From NCBI GenBank assembly GCA_043228905.1, contig JBHGNT010000013.1, positions 16,740,001 through 16,804,000 on the forward strand: a stretch of 64,000 nucleotides of DNA, given 5' to 3'. The notes beneath the pieces were generated by a model, which made no database searches, was not told the origin of the DNA, and was given only the letters and a program-made list of their open reading frames with translations. A program made the position numbers and the translations under genes. The stretch comes from Azolla caroliniana. Its lineage: Eukaryota > Plantae > Polypodiophyta. Of the stretch, positions 42,601 to 53,722 are shown in pieces (position 1 is the first letter of the stretch; each line of letters starts with the position of its first letter).

Positions 42601-43419
42601 AGGTGTTAATATTTTGTATATATGATAAAGCTTACCTTTATAGATAGATAGATAGATAGATAGATAGATTACCTTTACATCGATCTAGGCTATCTCAAAA
42701 ACACATAACATTTTCTTGATGAGAGTAAACCATGACCTAGGGGTGGAGGTCGCATGTTATGTCGTGTGGGTTTACTTCTTCTTTTTGACGAAAAAGGCCA
42801 ACCATGTTTTCTTTGAGCAAAACACCTTGTGAGTTCGTTATCTTCAAAAGCAGGTTTGTGAAATGTGTGTGCTTGAAGTGCATGTGCATAAATCTTGAAG
42901 CACATCTTATTGAAATGTGCGTACTAGAAGGAACTCATCATTGTGTTGTAAAGCATGTTCGTGGATGAGGAGAATGTTGCCTATCTGGACGTTAGAGGAG
43001 GAGAACTCTCAAGGTGGAGAAGGTTGGACGAGGAGAATGATCAAGGTTGAAACTGTTCGACAAAGAGAATGTTGGAAGTGGAGAAGTTTTGGACAAGGAT
43101 AATCACATAGTGCTTGGAGAATTTTGAGCATGTCTTGAAATGCATGCTTTATAATTGTGTTTTGTTGAATTGTGTGTTCTATGACCACATGTTCTTGAGA
43201 TGCATGTTCATTGAGAGATTGGTTGAGAATCATAATATACAAACATCTTTCTTTGAATGTCTTGGATTTGTGTGTTCGTCCTCACAATGGCTTGGGTTTA
43301 AATTTGATCATAATGTTGGCTATAGTTATGCATAAACGGGGCATAGAATCATAAACTAATCAATCATGATGAGACAAGGGGGAATATCACATATTATTGC
43401 AATTGAATCAATACAAAGA

Positions 43420-45220
43420 ATATACAAACAAAAACTAAATAATGTGGACAACATCCACATATGTTTTCAAAGTGCGCTCACACATAATGTGTGGTTGAGC
43501 TTGACTTCTAAACACTTTAGAGCCTCCTAGATTATGGAAATCGACAATTCTACATGCTCACTTATAATCTATACAATTTTTTCATAACTAGCTTCAACTT
43601 CCCTTTTAACTAATAGAATTAGAATTTGATCCTAATTAGATAGATCATAATGAAAGGCTTTAGTACATGTGAAGTAGGCATCACAAACTTCTATTAACAA
43701 TTCATTGGGAATCATTTGAAAATTGTGAAGCCCTTGACTAACTACCCTTGCTTACAATAATCAACATATCTTGAAGAGCTTTGAAACCAAACTTGCTATG
43801 GAAACCCTAAAGAAAGGTTTCAACTATATTGCATTCATTTGCTTTAGATTCCATTGTTTTCAAACTCACACAATACAAAAGAACCCAAATTTGGGAATCA
43901 TATGTAAGGGAAAAGGATGAAAAAAGTTATAAATGTCTAGGAACAAAATAAAAGTGCACCAAAACCATGCTTGTTGCCTTCACCTAGAAAGTTGTTTAGT
44001 TGGTTGTACACTCATTGAGCATAAAATTAATGAAAAGAGCAAGGAAATGGCATCTCATTCTACAATCTCGTTCATCATCATGTTTTTATCTTTCCATAGC
44101 CCTACATTTTCTTGTTTTTTGGCTACTAAGATAAAGTTTCATTAATATTTCTCATAATTTTTTCTCTAAATTTGGTATGAGTGTTTACTCAACCAAGTCA
44201 ACATAACTCCCTAAAGCTTTGCATCACATAAGAAACATTACAAAGGGTATTAAAAATGTATGCTTGGGATTGAAGAAATAGGATACAAAAGTGCATGTTG
44301 GAACATTCAATAGCTTCTTTTACGTCTCAAATTATTTGTTTCATGATAGTGTGAGATTGGAAACAATGGAATCTAAAGCATAAGTGCAAGCAATAATGAC
44401 TTTCAAGCATTTGCACGATATGTAGACATGGAAAATGAAAGGGAACATTTACAAACAAAAAAGGAGTGAAAGAAATCACATGGAAGCTTAGCTAGTAATA
44501 GAGTTATTTTTACTTATATTGTCATCACCCAAGCATTATTAAGGTAAATCACTTTGCTTCACATAAGTAAAGTGATTTACCCAAGCATTATTAAGGTAAA
44601 TCACATCTTAGAGACTTATATAGGAATAGGTAAATCACTTTGCTTCACATAATAGTAGTGTAAATATAAATAGGTAAATCACTCAGATTCACATAATAGT
44701 GGTGTAAATATACATGCTAAAGTGCTCATAATGCTTCTTAAGGAACTTAGCAATGAGGAGTTTGGTGCTTTATTCTTTGTCAATTTGTAAAAATTAGAGT
44801 GCAGAATTTTATTGATACAATACATGAGCATTTAATGCTAGCTTAGTTCCATGACATAAAAAGATTGCCACCCACACAATTAAGGAAAGGAATTGCATCT
44901 ACATGGCATGCTACCATTAAAGAAAGAACTCTAAATAAGAGATAAGAACTTGCATAAGCATTTATGGAAAAAATAAGAAGAACTTGGATAAACAATAACA
45001 AGTTGTGGAGATTTGAAGTAACATAGACCCACTCAAGTTGTTCTTAGAGAGATCCAACAATTCCAAACTCTTCTCGTGTCTAGAACATGGGCACAAAGAA
45101 GCATGAACACCAAAATACAATAGTGAAGTATCCAAACCACAAAGCTCAACTATTTGCGAAATTGTTAACTCCAAGCAAACAAGGAGATTGCGATCCATAA
45201 CTTTCTCTTACATTGGAATG
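43420..45220. repeat. Copy of the LecRK intergenic duplication unit (homologous to ~47790-48520 plus ~52770-53600, and to ~56300-57990)
   Basis: Shared blocks AATAATGTGGACA, CTAATAGAATTAGAAT, AAAGAACCCAAATTT, GGAAACAATGGAATCTAAAGC and CACAATTAAGGAAAGGAA in the same order. Confidence 0.85.
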
Positions 45221-45226
45221 GTTTCC

Positions 45227-47377
45227 CTAAGGATTTGGTAGACCGTGATCAATATCCTTGTTTGATAGTTCGATTGTTGACATGTTGTTATGAGAGCCGG
45301 ACGAGTTGGCATAGTGGCTACTACTATAACTAGAGGTAGAGGTAGAGGTGGTAGAATTTATTTCATTATCACGAAGCCCGGGATGGTGAGGGATAAAAGC
45401 GCCAGGGTATGGAGGCCTTGTGGCCTCAAGGGGCACCACTAGCCCATGTTGTAGGGTATAGAGCACTTCTTGCATTTCTGGTCGTGCCTCGGGAGTGGGA
45501 TGGCAACACTTGAGCGCGATATGTAGGACACACCTCCAAATTGTGTTGTTCACCTCACCATGACCTTCTAATCCACCGATCTCCATCTGCGGATCCAATG
45601 CCTCCATTAGCGCACCGCTCTCGTGCTTCGACCACACCCATTCGACGAGCACCCGCTTGTCCGTTATATCGGAACTTAAGTCGATGACCCGACGGCCGCA
45701 TGCCACCTCTAGAGCGAGCACCCCGTAGCTATACACGTCCACTTTGTTGGTCGGCGTGCGTGTGAATATGACCTCGGGTGCGGTGTATCCGGGCGTGCCA
45801 GCGGCCGTCATGGTTTGGGTCACTTGGTTCTCGTCCTTGAGGAGGCGTAGCAGCCCGAAGTCGCCGAGCATGGCCGTGAAGTCGGACGTGAGAAGCACAT
45901 TGGCGGCCTTCACGTCCCGGTGAACCGCACCCGCAGCATGCACATGGCTCAGAGCCTCTGCCACTCCCTTCAGGATCTCCACCCTCGTCCCGCTGCTCAA
46001 AACACCTGTGCCTTCCTTCCTGCTGCACAGGTGGTCTGCCAAGCTTCCATTGCTCATGAATTGGTAGACCAGCATGGCCTCCCCTTTCTCGTAGCACCAT
46101 CCTTTGAGCTCCACCAGGTGTGGGTGCCGGAGCATGTTTATCATATTGATCTCCGAGAAGAACTCATCACTTTTCCTCAATGCCGCTTTGTTGAGCCGCT
46201 TCACCGCCACTTCTTCGTACACCATCGAACCTTTCTTGCCAGGCTGCTGCATGACTAATAATCTCCCCTTGTAGACGGTACTGAATCCGCCCCGCCCCAC
46301 TCTGGCCTTGTCATGGAAGCCCTGCGTAGCCTTCCATAGCTGCTTGTATGTGTACCGTGGCATAGCCGCCGGGACGAGCACATCATTCGGAATGAGTGCA
46401 AGCTCCGTAATTCGATCATCATCCGTAGAACAGCAGCATCTTTTCCAATAAGCTAGTATTGCGGCGGCAACGGCTCCGACGATCGCTACGACAATAATGC
46501 TAGGAATGAGTATATTAGAAATCTTTGGAAAATTGAGCACACGGTTTTTGCTTGTGTTACTACTACTTCTAGACGCCAATGTATGTTGGGGGGTGCTAAG
46601 CGAGAAATTCCAGAAACGGACAGCACAGCCTAGGGAGGGACGGCCGCCTGTGGTTGCGGACAGGCCGACGAACAGTGGGGTATTTTGGAACACAGTGGAG
46701 AGGTCACGAGTCAAGTTGAGGAGGGGATCGAGGGGCCGAGATATGGTATCGGGTGTCATATTATTAATGTTGAGCATGCGGAGCTCGATGGATGTAGTGG
46801 CAGCATAGTAATCCACCCACACCATGAAAGAGGAGTTCTGGTAGAGATCGAGATCCGGATGCGGTGAGGACGCGCTGATATCGACTGTGGGATATGAGAC
46901 GAAGCTATTGATGTCGAAGCCGGCGTGGCTGTTGTTGGTGTCAAACCCGGCCGCGAAGAAATGGTGCGATGGAGGGAAGAGGACCAAGGTCTGGTTCCGA
47001 AGAGTGTTATGAGGCGAGATAAAGAAGGCCATACCATCTCCTGCAGTGTTGGGCGAGGTAATGAATTGGAAGTGGAAGGCGGTGCTGAAGGAGGTGGTGC
47101 TGCCCCCCCATGGGAAGGCATCATCGTAGAGGAGCCAGCCCGGCTTTTGCAACGTCTGGTTCGGTTTCTGCTCGTTAGCGGGAGGGATGAGCCAGACGGT
47201 TCCATCAGGTTTCGGGTAATCGGCCATGTATCGTCTGACAAGTTTAGAGGGCAGAGTTTTGTCTGCTTGAGCATAGCTAAAACTAAAATCAGCGTCTACA
47301 GTGGTGGCATGAAAGGCAGCAGCAGCAGCATATAACAGAAGGAAGAGCATGATAGTGAGCATTGTAGCCATGGTCAT
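45227..47377 (-). CDS. L-type lectin receptor-like kinase (LecRK-B), lectin loops deleted
   Basis: Signal peptide, lectin fold (AGDGMAFF), TM and intact RD kinase; start taken at MTMATM. Confidence 0.93.
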   Translation of the reverse strand: MTMATMLTIMLFLLLYAAAAAFHATTVDADFSFSYAQADKTLPSKLVRRYMADYPKPDGTVWLIPPANEQKPNQTLQKPGWLLYDDAFPWGGSTTSFSTAFHFQFITSPNTAGDGMAFFISPHNTLRNQTLVLFPPSHHFFAAGFDTNNSHAGFDINSFVSYPTVDISASSPHPDLDLYQNSSFMVWVDYYAATTSIELRMLNINNMTPDTISRPLDPLLNLTRDLSTVFQNTPLFVGLSATTGGRPSLGCAVRFWNFSLSTPQHTLASRSSSNTSKNRVLNFPKISNILIPSIIVVAIVGAVAAAILAYWKRCCCSTDDDRITELALIPNDVLVPAAMPRYTYKQLWKATQGFHDKARVGRGGFSTVYKGRLLVMQQPGKKGSMVYEEVAVKRLNKAALRKSDEFFSEINMINMLRHPHLVELKGWCYEKGEAMLVYQFMSNGSLADHLCSRKEGTGVLSSGTRVEILKGVAEALSHVHAAGAVHRDVKAANVLLTSDFTAMLGDFGLLRLLKDENQVTQTMTAAGTPGYTAPEVIFTRTPTNKVDVYSYGVLALEVACGRRVIDLSSDITDKRVLVEWVWSKHESGALMEALDPQMEIGGLEGHGEVNNTIWRCVLHIALKCCHPTPEARPEMQEVLYTLQHGLVVPLEATRPPYPGAFIPHHPGLRDNEINSTTSTSTSSYSSSHYANSSGSHNNMSTIELSNKDIDHGLPNP

Positions 47378-47427
47378 TGGTCTGCAGCGGTAGCCACAGA
47401 GAGACAGGGAAATGGACAGAGACGGAT

Positions 47428-47600
47428 AGAAAGAAAGAAAGAAAGAGATATTAATGTCTTCTACGATCCTGCTCTTAGTAGGAGTTCTTACCAATTAAGC
47501 TAAACCTTTACAAGCTCCTACTCTTAGTAAGAGTTCTTACCAATTAAGCTAAATCTATACAAGCTCCTACTCTTAGTAGGAGTTCTTACCAATTAAATAA
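47428..47600 (-). mobile_element. Rearranged tRNA-derived SINE: three ~49-bp head repeats plus tail
   Basis: On minus, three copies of TAGCTTAATTGGTAAGAACTCCTACTAAGAGTAGGAG, then TAGAAGACATTAATATCTCTTTCTTTC; absent from the equivalent position of LecRK-D. Confidence 0.65.
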
Positions 47601-48559
47601 AACTACACCAAGTCAAAGATGGTGACCATTTAGAATGCAATGTTTTCTTTCTTTGGAGAGGCTTCCAAATATTTTCAAAGCCCTTGCCAGTTGCGTCCAA
47701 CCCACAAGGACAAAAAGACATTCACTTTTGAGTCAAAAGAAACTAACGCGTTCCCAATATACTAAAAAGGAGTCACTACTAAGACTTTACAAACATAGAG
47801 TAAATAATGTGGACATTCACGTATGTTTTTCGCTCACACATCATGTATCGTTGAGCTTGACATCTGAACACTTTCGAGCCTCATGGATTATGGAAATAGA
47901 CAAGTCGACATGTTCACTTATAATCTAAATAATTTCTTCATAACTAACTTTCAACTTCCCTTTTTAACTAATAGAATTAGAATTTGATCCTACTTAGATA
48001 GATAATAGTGAGAGACTTTAGTACATATGAAATAGGCTTCACAAACTTCTATTAGCGATTGATTGGGAATTATTTGAAGATTGTGAAGCCCTTGACTACC
48101 CTTGCTTATGATAATCACCATATCTTGAAGAGCTTTGAAACAAAACTTGCTTTGGAAACCCTAAAGAAAGGTTTCACTTTATTGCGTTCGTTTGCTTTAG
48201 ATTTCATTGTTTCCAAACTCACACTATCATCAAACAAATACTTGAAAGAAAAAGCAAAAGAACCCAAATTTGGGAATCATATGTAAGGGAAAAGAATGAC
48301 AAAAATTATAAATATGTCGGAACAAAATAAAAGTGCACCAAAACCATGATTATTGCCTTAATGAAGGCAATAATCATTGTACACTCCTCTGTTCCCCGCC
48401 ATTGAGCATAAAACCCTTAATGAAGAGAGTGTGAAAGTGGTATCTCACTTTACAGTGTCGTTCATCATCGCTACATTTTCTTGTTTTTTGGCTACTAAGA
48501 TCAATTTTCATTAATATTGTGGTATCCCTTTGGTGCAAGCGCATGTCTTCATGTTGTGG

Positions 48560-49900
48560 TGTACATTTGTTCGTATGTGCCAGCTTTTTAGCACGCATGT
48601 AGCTAAGACAACCTAAATGGGTACTTTTGTATCAACTATCTATGGAGCAAAGAAGTAAGACGCAAGGTAAGCTAGCTTGGATTCTCTTTATAACATGTTC
48701 GCATTCACCAGTGGAAGGATCAGGATTATTCCGTTTGATTTCATGGCTTTTTTAACCATTTCACAAAACACATTGATTCCAGTATTACACGTTCTCAAAG
48801 ATTCGATTGAAAAACTTAAAATTTACCCATTTCACTTAGGATTCCGGGCTCTTCTTGTGTTCAACACTTGGTTGCCTTGTGGCCAGAAGCACTCTTGTTA
48901 TGTGTATGGAAACCATCATCTAGTAGAGAGCATTGTAATTCTTTATAAAAAGAGTTACTACTCTTGTGTCTTCTCGGTTATTATGTTGGCCAGGAAAGGA
49001 GAGATTGCCCTCTCAATTTAATCATTTATTTCGTTTGGGGATCAAAGAGGTGGGAGATATAGTTGAAGCTCCATTTCAAAGAATTTTGGAATTTCTTGAA
49101 GCACGACAATTATGGGTTTATTTGGCAACAATTACAAAATATTGCATTGATGCAAGGTCCCTTACCTCTACAAACAGGAGAACAATCATGGATTGATTGG
49201 TGTTTATGGGGTCAAATGTCGTTGTTACAAGTGACTACTAATATTTTGTATCATTGCTCTATTGAGTCCCTTGGATGGTTAGCATCTAAGGCTGAAGAAG
49301 AATGGAAAATACACAAATCTGATCATGCATGGTGGCAGATCTTACAACGTAGTTGGCATTCTAAATTGCCACTTGTAGCAAAGGTCTTCATTTGGAGCGT
49401 TTTGATTGGAGGATTGCCTTTCGGATTAGCTCTAAAGCATCGTGGACTAGCAACGACTAATTGCTTCTTTTGCACTGCTCAAATGGAAGATAGTACTCAT
49501 CGATTTATACAATGTCTAATTGTTTTTCAAATTTGGAGCTACATTTCTCAAATTTGGCAAGTTTTATCACGATGTTATTTGATACCTAGACAATGGGTGT
49601 TTGCACAATTTACACAGGTTGACCCAAAATCAAAGATGGAGTTTGTTTTTCTATTTTTGAGATATTGGGGATTGCGTCATAATTGGAACATGTGCAACGT
49701 TGCGCTTTTGTATTCAATGGTAGACATGGAGTGAAAGCATATCTACGAAAGTTGAAGGGAGTACTAATGTGACAGTTTTCTTTATTGGAGGTGGAAATTC
49801 TTTCCTCAGTGGAGTGTTCGTCTTGCCTATTGGCAATTCAACATGTTCCACTACCCATGTAGCGTAGTTAGTGGGTGACCATACTCCATTGTCACACCCA
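48560..49900 (+). mobile_element. L1-like LINE ORF2 3' fragment (zf-RVT region), degenerate
   Basis: WHSKLPLVAKVFIW..LP..CFFC..EDSTHRFIQC..W motif in ORF 49063-49734. Confidence 0.75.
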
Positions 49901-52109
49901 TTGTTCGTTGTGTTTTTCACACACATTTATTTATATAATTGTGTGTTTTCACCAAGAGAGAGAGAGAGAACAATTACACAGTTTCAGCAAGATGATGGTT
50001 GTAATGCAAATCCCTTCGAACTTATTTGAAAACTCATTTACACACTTTTATAGTTAGGAGAACTAAGCCTTAACTGCAATAGTTTGTTCACACTAGGAAT
50101 ACAACCTGGGTGGAGTAGGACTTTTAGTCCAACAAACACGGTATTGTATGTGAATCTAAATTAGTTATTGCCGAAATATGTACTATATAGAAAAGATGTA
50201 AGTTATATTAGATCTGAAACAGTAGGTCATGTAGTATGTTGTATGATATTGTAATTTTCAGATTAGAAACAGTGTACCGTATGGCACTGTAACTTCCATG
50301 TATTTCCTATATAAAGGGGGCATGTGTATTGTATAGAGGATGCTTAATATAGAGATATCTTCTGGTGATACATTGTCTATGTTTGTGTGTTGTATTTGAG
50401 TTTTAGATATTAAGAGTTATGTTGTCCATAGCCGATTCGACCATTATTAGTCGATCTATAGTTTATTCGATCATCTGTTCATTACCATTTCTCCGACCAC
50501 TACCTTTGGTAAAGGTTATCTTGTGATAAGATATTTGACCCATGTTATTGAGAGGATAACACCCAAAACTCAGGCGACAAGGAGAACCCCACTCAATTGC
50601 CATCATGACTCTAACCAACTCCAAGGGGCCCATGTCCAATCTACCATGCACAATCAACAACTCAACCTTGACGACCGTGGTGGACACTAGAGCCTCGTTG
50701 ACACTTCTTGCCTTCGATATGTAAGGACATCTAGGCTTCCCTGATCTAGAGACATGCAACAACATGTTCCATGGATTCAATGGATCCACCGGGTGTTGTC
50801 TCAAATTACTTCCTTGCAAAATTGAGACAAAGTACAACACACATACGATCAAGGCCCACATCCTTCTACCTAAGGTGTTCACACATCATGCCTCGGCCAA
50901 AATTGGTGTCATGCCAACAAATGTTTAATATCCCCAAGCATGAACCACATTCACTTCCCCACCCCCGTTGGCATAAGCATGGACCAATATGACTACCACA
51001 CTACAATCGCAAGCTGTGTAGATGCCGAACCGCCTGTCCAAGATCCAAATAGAGTAAGCACACCACCCATAACGGGGGTAGATCATGTCAATATGCACTC
51101 CCAACTAAGCACCCTCTAGTCTCAGTTACAAGGCATTCCACCATTGACCATAACCGACTAGCGCTGACGAAATGGGCAAGTGGGTCAACATCCATGTCTG
51201 AACTATTGTGGAAGGCCCTCGAAGCAATCAATTAACACTATGGAGAGTGCATAAGACCCTTACGAGAGCACAAGGTTGGCATAAGGGTGACACAGGGTAC
51301 CAAAACATTACCGCATCCCATCCCCAATTCCCATAGGAACGTTGAACACAACCTCCCAATGACCTCCACACCCCAACTTGACCCGCTCAGTTTCCAACCC
51401 CAACCACCTACCTCCAACCTAGAACGACGACTAAACACTCTACATTAGGGATATCTTCGGCATTGTTACTATTGGACGTGAAAAAGGCCAAAACACTAAC
51501 TGGCAAGTTCCCTGCACCCTAATCGAGGCACAAGGTGGATACAAGAGCATTACTCAAATTTGGGTACCTTGGAACGGATGAATCCACCCCGCCCCAACGT
51601 CAAACCTAAAAACCCTTAACCCTTAACTAGTGTCCAATCCACCCTAAACCATCTCTCATGAGCCCTATTCATTCATGCACACATACTACTCCTTGTAAAT
51701 ACCCCCGACGCCCCACTCTCAGTTCCCACAATGCACCCAAGAGTGTGTACTCAATAAGTTGGGGAGGATGTTAAGCACTAGTCGTGAAGAAGAACGCATT
51801 AACAAAGGATATTGAACCTAGATGACATACAAAAAGGGGAGTAGAAGCATTAGAGCTTGGCGTTTCGATTTTGCTACTAGTCGTCCTCTGTCTCCATCAA
51901 CAACAATCTCTTCTTTTGTCCCTTCATCTTCTACTTGTCTAAGAGAGTAAGCAAGATAGTGCGAGAGAGATATTAGGTACTAATCACATATATCATTAAG
52001 GTAGTTAGTAGCTCAAGTGTACTTGATGACTACCATTGCCTGGTTAGCCACCAAGAGGGTTTACATTGGTCCGGATCCAAGCAAACAACATCGACAAAAG
52101 GCTCAACTT

Positions 52110-52770
52110 CATCTATCTATAGAGGTGTATTCCATGAGGCGCAGGATCCTACACAGTGAACATTGTTAAAAACATAATCACATTTCTCTTTCCATATTAT
52201 CCAAAGAGCCAACGACATAATAGTATGCCAAATAACCTGATTTTTAATTCTAAACCTTCGATTAGATGAAGGAAATGAGGTGAGAGAGAGGTGTCCATGG
52301 GAAAAGTGAAAGACATGAAAAGCATGCGTAGTTTCACACCTCATAGCATCTCCATGGAGGGCACCCCATAATATTGCACCCCAACAGAAAAATGTTTTCT
52401 CAACAATAAAAACATCTTACCCCAAAATTGCTAGATCATGGGACATAACTAAAACATATGTAAAACAGATTCAAAAGATGCATCACAATGCATTCAACAA
52501 GCATATTGCTCATGAATCAATAACCAACGAAAACAAATAACTTTTTTCAGCAACTACATTCTCTATAGCCATTTTCAAAACTTTACAAGTTGCAATTCAT
52601 GCACAATATTCTCAGCCCAATGCTTCATGGTAGTCAGACATTTATACTTTCGTTGCAACAACAAATTTCTACCTAGCTTAAAATCAAATATTGAAAAAAC
52701 TACAAATGTGTATTATTTCCACCAACATTCAGTTTTTTCCATTGATAACCAGCCAAATCCCAATCCCATT
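52110..52770 (-). mobile_element. L1-like LINE 3' fragment; part duplicated at ~56945-57135
   Basis: LWIIWKEKC..VF motif and a decayed zf-RVT; upstream part matches 56945-57135 and resembles 63120-63260. Confidence 0.65.
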
Positions 52771-53674
52771 CAATAACTTCTTTTATGTCTCCAATTATTT
52801 GTTTAATGATAATGAGTTTGGAAACAATGGAATCTAAAGCAAATGAATGCAATAATGACTTTCAAGTATTAATTCAATATGGAGACATGGTAAATGAAAG
52901 AGATACACACACACGTGCGCGCGCGCACAAAGGTAAGCGAGAACATAATAATCTCTTTGAATAATCGCATGGAAGCTTAGCTAGTAATAGAGTTATTTTT
53001 ACATATCTTGTCATTGCCCAAGCATTATTAAGGAATATGTATTTGACATCTTAGAGACTTATATAGGAATGGGTAAGTCACTCTCTTTCACATAATAATG
53101 GTGTAAATATACATGTTAAAGTGCTCATAATGATTCTTAAGGAACTTAACTATGAGGAGTTTCGTGTTTTATTCTTTCTCAATTGGAGAATTTTATTGAT
53201 ACAATGCATACGCCTTTAATGCTAGCCTAGTTCCATGACATAAAAAAGATTGCCGCCCACACAATTAAGGAAAGGAATTGCATTTACAAGGCATGCTACC
53301 ATTAAGTAAATAAGAGATAAGAACTTGGATAAACAATGATGGGTTGTGGATATTTGGAGTATGAACCCACTCAATTTGTTCTCGGAGACATCCAACTATC
53401 CCAAACTCTCCTAGTGTCCTGGAACATGGGCACAAAGAAGCATTATGAACACCGACATACGATAGTGAAGTATCCGAACAACAAAGCTCAAATATTTGGA
53501 TTTCGAACGAAATTGTCAGCTCTCCAAGCAGACAAGGAGATTATGGTCCATCCCCTTAAATTACAACGTTTATCCATTACTTTCTCTTGCATTAGAGCAG
53601 TTACCCTAGGGGGTTTGTAGATCGTGATACATATCCTTGTTTGATATACATCGAGTCTATCCATATATATATAG

Positions 53675-53707
<33 letters not shown>

Positions 53708-53722
53708 TGTATGTATACGTGG

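Noticed and set aside
42690-43390. Possible Copia 3' remnant ending in GACAAGGGGGAA
   Set aside because: PPT-like tract without a recognisable LTR or protein motif.
49930-51800. Possible solo LTR (about 50050-50420) and LINE ORF1 relic
   Set aside because: TATA-like and compositional hints only; termini, TSD and convincing protein motifs could not be established.
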